A stretch of DNA of 37,900 bases. Origin: an uncultured Candidatus Saccharibacteria bacterium. Lineage in GTDB: Bacteria > Patescibacteriota > CPR2 > UBA1875 > CAIMLA01. The position numbers and the translations under genes were made by a program. The number at the start of each line of letters is the position of its first letter. Position 1 is the stretch's first letter. Location of the stretch: contig CAYYEV010000002.1 of assembly GCA_964471065.1 (NCBI GenBank), positions 1-37,900 on the forward strand, in the 5' to 3' direction. Of this stretch, positions 1 to 8,569 are shown in pieces. Under the pieces are notes generated by a model. It made no database searches and had not been told where the DNA came from. It saw only the letters and a list, made by a program, of their open reading frames with translations.

Positions 1-1
1 G

Positions 2-223
2 ATATGTTCAGAGCGTGGGAATGATTGGAGACTACCAACTCACAAAGAATTGATGCAGGAGTATATTGACGGTTCAAATTTTAACCTAACCAATCCCGGC
101 TACAACTTCTGGTCCGTGACGGAGCGCAGCGGCACGAATGCCTGGTACGTGAACTTGTCCAACGGCTACACGGGCGCCAACGGTAAGTCCACCAGTAGCA
201 ACTATGTTCGTTGCGTCAGGTAA
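2..223 (+). CDS. 3' end of the DGR target gene: C-terminal DUF1566/Lcl-like (C-type-lectin-fold) domain carrying the variable region. The 5' end lies outside the window.
   Basis: The frame starting at nt 2 is open from the window edge and reads ...GNDWRLPTHKELMQEYIDGSNFNLTNPGYNFWSVTERSGTNAWYVNLSNGYTGANGKSTSSNYVRCVR*, with stop TAA at 221-223. WRLPT..EL and the terminal VRCVR are typical of DUF1566 domains. The last 130 nt are the VR. Confidence 0.8.
   Translation: MCSERGNDWRLPTHKELMQEYIDGSNFNLTNPGYNFWSVTERSGTNAWYVNLSNGYTGANGKSTSSNYVRCVR
93..222 (+). repeat. DGR variable region (VR)
   Basis: 130 nt align without gaps to 950-1079 (offset 857). There are 13 mismatches (VR 125,126,146,158,159,167,173,174,176,177,182,183,195). 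Every one faces an adenine in the other copy, and all fall in the first or second position of AAY (Asn) codons. Confidence 0.92.
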
Positions 224-250
224 CCGGATTATTTGGATTATTTTATGATT

Positions 251-265
251 ACCGCCGAAGGCGGT
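251..265 (+). promoter_or_regulatory. GC-rich hairpin about 30 nt downstream of the VR: candidate DGR target-recognition hairpin/cruciform, and/or terminator of the target gene
   Basis: accgcc-gaa-ggcggt forms a 6-bp stem with a 3-nt loop. A T6 run follows at 274-279. Hairpins just 3' of the VR are known cis elements for mutagenic homing in the Bordetella phage DGR. Confidence 0.45.
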
Positions 266-318
266 CGGGCGACTTTTTTGAGCTGACCAATTGTTTAATA
301 AATTATAAAAAGGACAGG

Positions 319-696
319 ATGGCACGATACGATCATTTGACAGTTTATCAAAGTACCTACAAGTTAAGCTTATATTTCTTCAAGCTTTCGCGCGGGTTTC
401 CAAAAGACTTCAAATACGGTTTGGCCGAGGAAATCAAATTTCTACTTACCACTCTTATTGACCAGATTGTTATTGCTAATAACAGCATTAATCGAGTCGA
501 GACGTTGCAAGAAGCAACCATAATAATCGAGAGGATAAAGATAAAAGCCAGAATGTTACACGACCTGAATATTATAAGCATTAAAAGCTATGAATATTTT
601 TTCGGCCAATTAATCGATATCTCGAAGCAAATTGAAAAGTGGGCGAATTGGGCAAGAAAAGAACTTCCGAAAAACGTTACAGTCCTACAAGAATAG
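319..696 (+). CDS. avd: DGR accessory variability determinant (Avd), four-helix-bundle protein
   Basis: ATG at 319 is preceded by aaaaggacagg. The 125-aa helical protein reads MARYDHLTVYQSTYKLSLYFFKLSRGFPKDFKYGLAEEIK... Size, the FPK motif and its position between VR and TR/RT fit Avd (the 23S-rRNA-IVS-like four-helix-bundle family). The listed ORF start at 211 overlaps the target-gene stop and is unlikely. Confidence 0.8.
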   Translation: MARYDHLTVYQSTYKLSLYFFKLSRGFPKDFKYGLAEEIKFLLTTLIDQIVIANNSINRVETLQEATIIIERIKIKARMLHDLNIISIKSYEYFFGQLIDISKQIEKWANWARKELPKNVTVLQE

Positions 697-949
697 ATGT
701 GCGAGTTTATCTGTTGTTGTGGGCTTGTAAAAAATTTATTAGTCCACGAGGAAGGGCATTAGTTGGAGCTGATTATTTTGAAAAGCTAATAATCAGGTAG
801 ACATTGTCCCATTACGGCTGCTACTCCCTCGCTTGAAAAACGAGACGAGCAATTTATCGCGTTATTTATAGAGGGAATAATATCAAATTTTCTTACCTTG
901 CACAGTCAGGGATAGAGAATCGTGTCAAGAAAGTTAGCGGCAGATGTGC

Positions 950-1079
950 ATCCCGGCTACAACTTCTGGTCCGTGACGGAGAACAGCGGCACGAATGCCT
1001 GGAACGTGAACTTGAACAACGGCAACACGAACAACAACAATAAGTCCACCAATAGCAACTATGTTCGTTGCGTCAGGTA
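950..1079 (+). repeat. DGR template region (TR)
   Basis: Adenine-rich cognate of the VR. It carries AAC/AAT at every position where the VR differs (aac aac ggc aac acg aac aac aac aat). It lies about 140 nt upstream of the RT start. Confidence 0.92.
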
Positions 1080-1218
1080 CAAGGAATGTCCTTCCTCTGC
1101 TAATATCTTTCGACTTAGCCCAAAGAATAGGGGAAGCGGGGCGCAGTATAAAGGATATTGTTCGACCTTGTGGAAAACATTGCAAATCCTTGACAGTTAT
1201 AAAGAAAGACTAGGTACC

Positions 1219-2303
<1,085 letters not shown>

Positions 2304-2374
2304 CTACACTTGCTTTTACTTTAATAATTTATGTTTTAGTAATAAAATAGAAGTAATATAAAAATACAATTAGG

Positions 2375-4450
2375 ATGGGTATTAAAAAACATACGAGAGT
2401 TTTTAAAAAAAAGCTTAAGAATATTCCCGTAAGAAAGAAGTCTTTTTGGTTCCGGACGGGGATAGAGATTGCGCTTATTGTTGCTTTAGCGATTACTATA
2501 TGGCCATCGGTACAGGAGGCGGTTGTTAAGGGCGACGAAGATGGACCGGAACTTGCGATAACCGGGAGAGCGACATCTGCCCATGGCGGAGATTTAATTT
2601 TTAATTCGTCTCCCTACCAAAGCAACGCGGTCATTAATAATGTGACCAAAGATTTTAGCGGCTATGCCTGGAGCGAAGATCTTGGTTGGATCGCTTTGGG
2701 TGACGGAGAGGACAATCCGAACGGGCCGGTTCATGTCGATCAGGTTTCGGGCAGAGTAGCCGGCCTGGCTAGAGTTATCTCAACCGGGGAAACGATTGAT
2801 TTTAATTCTTCCCCTCATGGTAGTAACGTAGTTGTCAATACAAGCGGAGCGTTTTCCGGCTACGCCTGGAGCGGGGATATTGGTTGGATTAATTTTACCG
2901 GCGTTAATGTCCCGGGGATTTCTTTCTCTTCACCGAACGCGCCAAGCAATGTCAGAATATACGATGTTTCGGATCGCAACCTTCAAGACTATGCGGTTTT
3001 AGTGCGTTGGCAAGAGCCTATTGAATTCGATGAAGATAGTTTTAACGCTTATTTAGTTGAAAGATCGTCTGACGGCATAACTTTTGTGCAGCAATCATCA
3101 ACTACTTCAAAAGCTTACTACGACACCAATGTCACAACCGATGCGGAATATTATTATAGAATCAAGAGCCAAAACAAAACAGGGGCGACGGAAACGTCGC
3201 AAATAGTCTCAATCGAGCCAACCGGCCGCTATACGACGCCGCCAAACTTGGTGAGCGGACCAGACATTAGTATCGGCCCAACCTCTATTGTCGTCAGATG
3301 GGCAACAGATCGCGCTTGTAGTTCCTTCGTCCAGATAAAAGAAGGGAATAGCTTTGTATCCGAACAAGGGCAAACCGAACAAGTGACTTCCCATGAAGTT
3401 AAAGTGGTTGGTCTTCGTTCACAAAAATCTTATGTTTTTAATATTCGTTCGGTTGATATTGACGGCAATGTTTTAACCGGCGGGGGGAAACAATTTACGA
3501 CAGCTAATCTGCCCAGCATTTATGATGTTAAAGTCAACAACATTACACTTACTTCTGCTCTAATTAATTTTAAAAGTACAGCAATCGCTAATTTTGAGCT
3601 TCATTATGGGCAGACGGCAAGTTATGGCACGGTTATCCCCGAGACATCTGGTTCTCAAACCACAAACCACAGCCTGTCGCTAAGTGGTTTAAAGCCAGGG
3701 CAGGTATACTTTTTCAGGTTGATTGGTGAGGACCCGGATGGTAATGAGCTTAGAAGCGATAATTCGTTTTCGACTTTACCTCAACCAGAGGTGACAAAAT
3801 TTGAGATAGGGGTAGTGAAGGACCAACCAACAACCACAGTTAAGGTTACTTGGAAAACAAATGTAAGCACAGACTCGGTAGTTAGATATAGTACGGATGG
3901 AATTAGATATGACGAAAAGTCATCTTCAGAACTTGCGACAGACCATGAAATTGTAATTTCTAATATGGCCGACAACAGCAAATACAGCATTTATGTGACT
4001 GGTAGAGATCAATTTGGAAATTTGGCAACCTCGGAGAAAAGCGAGTTCACCACACCAAAAGATTCAAGGGCTCCAAAAATATCTAACGTGGTGATGGAAT
4101 CATCAAGTATCGGTAATAATTCCACTGACAAGGCCCAGGTGGTTGTTTCTTGGAAAACGGATGAGCCGTCTACTAGTCAGGTGGAATATGGCCAAGGCGT
4201 TAATAAAGAAAATTACACAAACAAGACCGTTCTAGATTCAACCCTTACCAACAACCATCTGGTTGTAATTTCTGGCCTTGATCCTGGAAAGCCCTATCAC
4301 TTAAGAGTTATTTCATCTGACAATTCAAATAACCAGGCCGTCAGCGATGACAGTTTGATTGTTACTGGCGAAGTCCCTCGCTCGGCTCTGAAGATTATTC
4401 TAAATACTTTAGAGAGTGTTTTTGGTTGGATGGGAAGATTTTTACAATAG
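2375..4450 (+). CDS. Membrane-anchored surface protein with two N-terminal FSGYAWSxDxGWI repeats followed by multiple fibronectin-type-III-like domains
   Basis: It has an N-terminal TM helix (IEIALIVALAITIWP). A duplicated unit of about 36 aa ends in FSGYAWSEDLGWIALG and FSGYAWSGDIGWINFTG. After that come repeated modules of about 90 aa with W..T/V...S.V.YG and Y.F.V/I patterns (for example VRWATDRACSSFVQ, VTWKTNVSTDSVVRY, VSWKTDEPSTSQVEYG). Confidence 0.75.
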   Translation: MGIKKHTRVFKKKLKNIPVRKKSFWFRTGIEIALIVALAITIWPSVQEAVVKGDEDGPELAITGRATSAHGGDLIFNSSPYQSNAVINNVTKDFSGYAWSEDLGWIALGDGEDNPNGPVHVDQVSGRVAGLARVISTGETIDFNSSPHGSNVVVNTSGAFSGYAWSGDIGWINFTGVNVPGISFSSPNAPSNVRIYDVSDRNLQDYAVLVRWQEPIEFDEDSFNAYLVERSSDGITFVQQSSTTSKAYYDTNVTTDAEYYYRIKSQNKTGATETSQIVSIEPTGRYTTPPNLVSGPDISIGPTSIVVRWATDRACSSFVQIKEGNSFVSEQGQTEQVTSHEVKVVGLRSQKSYVFNIRSVDIDGNVLTGGGKQFTTANLPSIYDVKVNNITLTSALINFKSTAIANFELHYGQTASYGTVIPETSGSQTTNHSLSLSGLKPGQVYFFRLIGEDPDGNELRSDNSFSTLPQPEVTKFEIGVVKDQPTTTVKVTWKTNVSTDSVVRYSTDGIRYDEKSSSELATDHEIVISNMADNSKYSIYVTGRDQFGNLATSEKSEFTTPKDSRAPKISNVVMESSSIGNNSTDKAQVVVSWKTDEPSTSQVEYGQGVNKENYTNKTVLDSTLTNNHLVVISGLDPGKPYHLRVISSDNSNNQAVSDDSLIVTGEVPRSALKIILNTLESVFGWMGRFLQ

Positions 4451-4455
4451 TATGT

Positions 4456-5160
4456 ATGATAGAAAATAAACACGAAACAATTATTCAGACCATTAACCTA
4501 AGCAAGACCTTTTTTGTTGGTCATCGCAAGATCGAAGTGCTACAAGATATAAATTTAAAAATATCCAGCACTGATTTTATGGTTATATTCGGGCCGTCAG
4601 GCTGCGGTAAATCAACCTTGTTGAATACGATTATTGGATTGGAATTGCCGACAAAAGGCGAAATCTACGTTCGGGAAAATAATATCTATGCTCTGCCCGA
4701 AGATGAGCGTGGCATATTGCGTTCAAAAAAAATGGGCATAATCCACCAAATGTCTTACTGGGTTAAGTCTATGACTGTTTTGGAAAACGTTGCTATTCCG
4801 CTCCTGATTGAAGGCGAAAAACAGCATCACGCCCTCTTAAGAGCAGAGAAGATTTTGGAAGAATTAAATATTATGGACCTGGAGGATCAATTGCCAACTC
4901 AACTGTCCGGGGGTGAACAACAAAAAGCGGCCTTGGCCAGAGCCTTGATTACCAACCCGTGGGTTATCATCGCGGATGAACCAGCCGGGAACCTTGACAG
5001 TAAAGCGGCTGAAGAAATGATGACCCTTCTTACTGATTTAAATAATAAAGCAAAAAGGACGATTATTCTGGTTACCCATAATCAGGAGTGTTGGGATTTA
5101 GGAAATAGAAGACTTGAAATGAAAGACGGTCGGATAATCGGAGACGAAAATCATGGATAG
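4456..5160 (+). CDS. ABC transporter ATP-binding protein (MacB/LolD/FtsE-like)
   Basis: Walker A is GPSGCGKST, the signature motif is LSGGEQQKAALARAL and Walker B is IIADEPAGNLD. The start is uncertain: I prefer ATG 4456 (MIENKHETIIQTINLSKTF). The listed TTG 4426 overlaps the upstream gene. Confidence 0.88.
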   Translation: MIENKHETIIQTINLSKTFFVGHRKIEVLQDINLKISSTDFMVIFGPSGCGKSTLLNTIIGLELPTKGEIYVRENNIYALPEDERGILRSKKMGIIHQMSYWVKSMTVLENVAIPLLIEGEKQHHALLRAEKILEELNIMDLEDQLPTQLSGGEQQKAALARALITNPWVIIADEPAGNLDSKAAEEMMTLLTDLNNKAKRTIILVTHNQECWDLGNRRLEMKDGRIIGDENHG

Positions 5161-6346
5161 AAAATTTATTTTCAGAATGGTTTATAAGAATTTAAGCTCG
5201 CGGAAACTTAGAACGTTGCTAACTTTATCAGGGATTGTGATTGCTATATCAGCAATTGTCTTTTTATTGTCTTTCGCTCTTGGCATAGAAAAGTTAGTTA
5301 CTAACGAAGTAAGCAAAGGCAATGCGCTTCTGCTCTTAGATGTTGGCACCGGTAACTCTCGATTGATGGCGCTAGATGCTAAAACTATTACAGAAGTTAA
5401 GAATTTGGAAGGTGTGAGGTCTGTCTCCGGTCTGATCAGCGTCGGCGCTAAAGCTCAAAATAAAAATCGTACAGCTGAAGTGTCTTTTTACGGTACGGAC
5501 AAGCAGTATTTGTCTTGGTCAGGTTTAAACCTTAGAGCAGGACAAAATCTACCCGATAATGACGCAAAGCATGTGCTAATCAATACGGCTTATCTGCAAT
5601 TACTTCGTATGTCTTCTGAGGATGCGTTGGGGCAAAATATAAAACTTGGTCTTACGATTCCTAAGGAATTAAGCAAAATAGGTGTGGAGAAAGTAGTAGA
5701 GAACCAAGAATATATAGTGGTTGGAATAGTGCAAGATGATTCAACGCCAAAGGTCTACACAAATTATCAGAACTTAATGGATATTGACGCTTCAAACTAC
5801 AGCCAACTTAAAGTCGAGGTTGTTTCAAAAGATCGGGTAGAGGTGGTGCGAAAGCAAATTGAAAGCATCGGACTTAAAACGGACTATGTCGGTGATACTG
5901 TCTTGCAAATTGAACAGGTTTTTTTGATCTTCAAGATAATACTGGCAAGCTTTGGTTTTATCGCTTTAATCGTTGCTCTCCTCGGCATGTTTAACACTTT
6001 AACAATTTCATTATTAGAGAGAATCAAGGAAGTTGCTCTCATGAAGATGCTGGGAATGAAGAAGAAAGATATTAAAAGAATTTTTATAACCGAAGCTACG
6101 ATATTTGGTATCATCGGAGGTCTTCTCGGCCTTCTAATCGGTGTAGTTTTAAGTCAAATCGCTAATTACATCCTCAACTATTACGCCACAAGGTCGGGCG
6201 GAGAGTCAGTTACTGTTTTCTACTATTCATTACGATATGTTTTACTAATTTTTATAATTTCTTTTCTAGTCAGTTTCTTGACTGGATTTTATCCTGCACG
6301 AAAAGCAACGAAGATAGACCCACTGGAAGTATTGAGATACGAATAA
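5153..6346 (+). CDS. ABC transporter permease, FtsX/MacB-type
   Basis: It has an N-terminal TM helix, a large extracytoplasmic domain and a C-terminal FtsX-like 3-TM bundle (LLERIKEVALMKMLGMKKKDI...). It overlaps the ATPase gene by 8 nt. Confidence 0.85.
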   Translation: MDRKFIFRMVYKNLSSRKLRTLLTLSGIVIAISAIVFLLSFALGIEKLVTNEVSKGNALLLLDVGTGNSRLMALDAKTITEVKNLEGVRSVSGLISVGAKAQNKNRTAEVSFYGTDKQYLSWSGLNLRAGQNLPDNDAKHVLINTAYLQLLRMSSEDALGQNIKLGLTIPKELSKIGVEKVVENQEYIVVGIVQDDSTPKVYTNYQNLMDIDASNYSQLKVEVVSKDRVEVVRKQIESIGLKTDYVGDTVLQIEQVFLIFKIILASFGFIALIVALLGMFNTLTISLLERIKEVALMKMLGMKKKDIKRIFITEATIFGIIGGLLGLLIGVVLSQIANYILNYYATRSGGESVTVFYYSLRYVLLIFIISFLVSFLTGFYPARKATKIDPLEVLRYE

Positions 6347-6487
6347 TTTTCAAATAATTAGAATAGCCACCCGATTTGCCTAATTATCAACCTCGGGACG
6401 CTCAAATCTATGCCGTCGATAAAAATTTTTACCAACCCTTTCGCTTATATGCGGAGGATTCAGTTCATTCCCCCTAAAAACAACTTC

Positions 6488-6516
6488 TTGAAATAAAACC
6501 AGCGAAAAAATAGAAT
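6488..6516 (+). promoter_or_regulatory. Candidate sigma-70 promoter giving a near-leaderless transcript of the 6523 gene
   Basis: TTGAAA (6488-6493), a 17-nt spacer, then TAGAAT (6511-6516). The ATG at 6523 lies 7 nt after the -10 and has no Shine-Dalgarno. Confidence 0.4.
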
Positions 6517-6522
6517 GTTAAT

Positions 6523-7380
6523 ATGGACTTTGAATTTCTCTATGAATCACTTTTGACAACAGCCCGGATTGCTGTCATTATCATCCCGCTTCTTTTTATA
6601 TTTGATCTTTTGAACCATCGCTATGGTCACAGGATTGAATCAGTTCTAACTAAATCGCGTCTTTTTATGCCATTTCTTGGAGCAATTTTGGGCTTGCTTC
6701 CTGGTTGCAACGTTGCTGTTATTGCCGCTGTTTTTTATGCCAAAGGTGTCGTTACCCTTGGAACATTGCTGGCAGTAATGATTGCCACTTCCGATGAAGC
6801 TCTCTATGTCTTTATCCCGCTTGGTTTTAACTTCATACCGATCTTGGTCGCAAAATTAATTTTAGCGATAATAGTTGGCTATCTTGTAGATCTTTTTATC
6901 AAAGGGAAAATCATGTCTGGAATCAAAGCAGATACAGGAGAGGTTGATTTCTGCTGCTCCAAGCACCCTCATAGTGACACACCAAAAAAGATGTTTTTTC
7001 ATGCCCTAAAACATGGGTCCAGGATAATCTTGATAGTTTTTATCGTCTTGGCCGTCTTAAACTTTGTTCAGGATAGAGTTCAAATCGAAAACTTTGCCTC
7101 GGCTTTCGGCATTTTAGGGCCAATCCAACCTCTTGTTTTGGGCTTGATTGGTCTCATTCCCGGCTGTGGTACCTCTGTCGGTATCGCCACTTTGTACGCA
7201 AAAGGTTTTATTACTTTCGGAGCTGTTGTCGCCGGTCTATCAACGGCCAGTGGGGAAGCGGTTATTGTTCTTTTGGGCCAGGGGGTCGAAAAGAAGAGGA
7301 TAATAAGGATTATCACTATTCTGTTTGCCTTTAGTGTCCTTTATGGGATGACTTTATCTCTCCTTGGTATTTCTTACTAA
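6523..7380 (+). CDS. Polytopic membrane protein with an internal duplication (LPGCNVAV / IPGCGTSV): putative metal-ion transporter (ArsP_2-like 10-TM family)
   Basis: The two halves each contain a (L/I)PGC motif and an S(D/G)EA motif (ATSDEALYV / TASGEAVIV). A His/Cys-containing loop (CCSKHPHSD) joins the halves. The family assignment is from memory only. Confidence 0.55.
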   Translation: MDFEFLYESLLTTARIAVIIIPLLFIFDLLNHRYGHRIESVLTKSRLFMPFLGAILGLLPGCNVAVIAAVFYAKGVVTLGTLLAVMIATSDEALYVFIPLGFNFIPILVAKLILAIIVGYLVDLFIKGKIMSGIKADTGEVDFCCSKHPHSDTPKKMFFHALKHGSRIILIVFIVLAVLNFVQDRVQIENFASAFGILGPIQPLVLGLIGLIPGCGTSVGIATLYAKGFITFGAVVAGLSTASGEAVIVLLGQGVEKKRIIRIITILFAFSVLYGMTLSLLGISY

Positions 7381-7398
7381 ATTTGTTCTTTTTGTGTA

Positions 7399-7427
7399 TT
7401 GACACAATTTTTAAGTTGTGATATAAT
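7399..7427 (+). promoter_or_regulatory. Consensus sigma-70 promoter with extended -10
   Basis: TTGACA (7399-7404), a 17-nt spacer, then TGaTATAAT (TG at 7419-7420, TATAAT at 7422-7427). It lies about 30 nt upstream of the 7460 ATG. Confidence 0.75.
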
Positions 7428-7459
7428 TTTGTTGTAAAAATTGTTAAAGCAAAAGTAAA

Positions 7460-8563
7460 ATGTCTGATTCAGTTTCTATATTCGATAAGATTGTCGAGGC
7501 AGAAGAAGCGAAAAAGCTTCGCGGTTTTGACGTGGAAGAAGAACTGGCTTATCTCTTTTCTTGCCCAAAGCTTAAAAAAGAAAGGGATAAAGAAGTTTTG
7601 ATTGCCCGTCACGGCCTCGATGGACAGCACCCAAAGACTCTAGAAGAAATCGGCCGGGGACTGAAGATTACTCGGGAGCGGGTCAGACAGATCGAGAAGT
7701 CGGCCAACAAAAAGTTGGTTGATTATGCCAAAACCGAAAAAAGAGCCTTGAAAGCTTTTCATATTATAAAAGAGACCATCCACAAAGAGGGTGGCATTTC
7801 GACTAATTCCAACATTTATGATTTACTTTTGGGCGAAGGGAACAAAAGTAGCAAGCTCAAAAATCAACTAATTTATTTTGTTTCTTTAAATCCTTCATTT
7901 GTTGTTATAAACGAAACACAGACGACAAAAAGGGGAGTTTCGATTAAGTTAACTCTAAAGGAAATAGAAAAAATTATCTTTGCCGGCACCACCATTCTGC
8001 AATCAGAAAACAAGCCGGTTGAAGAAAAGGTTTTTTTGGCCAAAATAAAAAAGGAAATAACAAGCTCTCTAAGCGAAGAAGAAATTCGGGCTGCTATCTC
8101 TCTGGCTAAAAATATTATAAAGACAGAAGAAGGCCACTTGGGCTTGAGTCATTGGCGGGACATCAACCCTAGAAGCATCCGCGATAAAACTTACTATATT
8201 TTAAGAAGACACAAAAAACCGCTTCACTTCAATGATATCGCGGGGCGCATCGATAGCTTGGAGCAAAACAAGAAAAAAGTAACCAAACAGGCCGTTCACA
8301 ATGAACTTATCCGCGACGACCGGTTTGTTCTCATCGGTCGAGGCATTTATGCCCTCAAAGAGTGGGGTTACAACAAAGGAGTAGTTGAGGAAGTAATCGA
8401 AGAAGTTTTGATCTCGGCCGGTAAGCCAATGCACAAAGATGACATTATAAAAGAAGTGATGAAAAAACGGATTGTCAAAGAAACAACCGTTTTACTCAAT
8501 CTACAAAAAAATCGCTTTGAGCGAGTCGCCAGGGCAACTTATACGGTTAAGAAAAAACAGTGA
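7460..8563 (+). CDS. DNA-binding protein with a sigma-70 region-4 HTH and a C-terminal HARE-HTH / RNAP-delta-like winged helix. No sigma region 2 is visible.
   Basis: LEEIGRGLKITRERVRQIEKSANKKL is a classic region 4.2 HTH. The C-terminus (KPLHFNDIAGRI...FVLIGRGIYALKEWGY and GKPMHKDDIIKEV...RFERVARATYTV) resembles HARE-HTH modules. Confidence 0.65.
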   Translation: MSDSVSIFDKIVEAEEAKKLRGFDVEEELAYLFSCPKLKKERDKEVLIARHGLDGQHPKTLEEIGRGLKITRERVRQIEKSANKKLVDYAKTEKRALKAFHIIKETIHKEGGISTNSNIYDLLLGEGNKSSKLKNQLIYFVSLNPSFVVINETQTTKRGVSIKLTLKEIEKIIFAGTTILQSENKPVEEKVFLAKIKKEITSSLSEEEIRAAISLAKNIIKTEEGHLGLSHWRDINPRSIRDKTYYILRRHKKPLHFNDIAGRIDSLEQNKKKVTKQAVHNELIRDDRFVLIGRGIYALKEWGYNKGVVEEVIEEVLISAGKPMHKDDIIKEVMKKRIVKETTVLLNLQKNRFERVARATYTVKKKQ

Positions 8564-8569
8564 GGGTAA

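Noticed and set aside
86-325. 79-aa minus-strand ORF, and its paralogue 934-1185 (83 aa) sharing ...HVPGIRAA.LRHGPEVVAG...
   Set aside because: Both are antisense read-throughs of the VR and TR. Their similarity is simply the VR/TR repeat seen on the opposite strand. They have no RBS and overlap better-supported features.
922-1218. Upstream part of ORF 922-1737 (GTG start) translating the TR as ...GYNFWSVTENSGTNAWNVNLNNGNTNNNNKSTNSNYVRCVRY...
   Set aside because: The TR is a non-coding template copy of the target gene's 3' end, so an open frame is expected by descent. The RT N-terminus (TFANMHKAYIDCRKRK) begins at ATG 1219.
6347-6522. Looked for a metal riboswitch (yybP-ykoY Mn, NiCo/czcD or fluoride) upstream of the putative metal transporter
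   Set aside because: I could not recognise any of the conserved cores by eye. A covariance-model scan (Rfam/Infernal) would be needed, so nothing is claimed.
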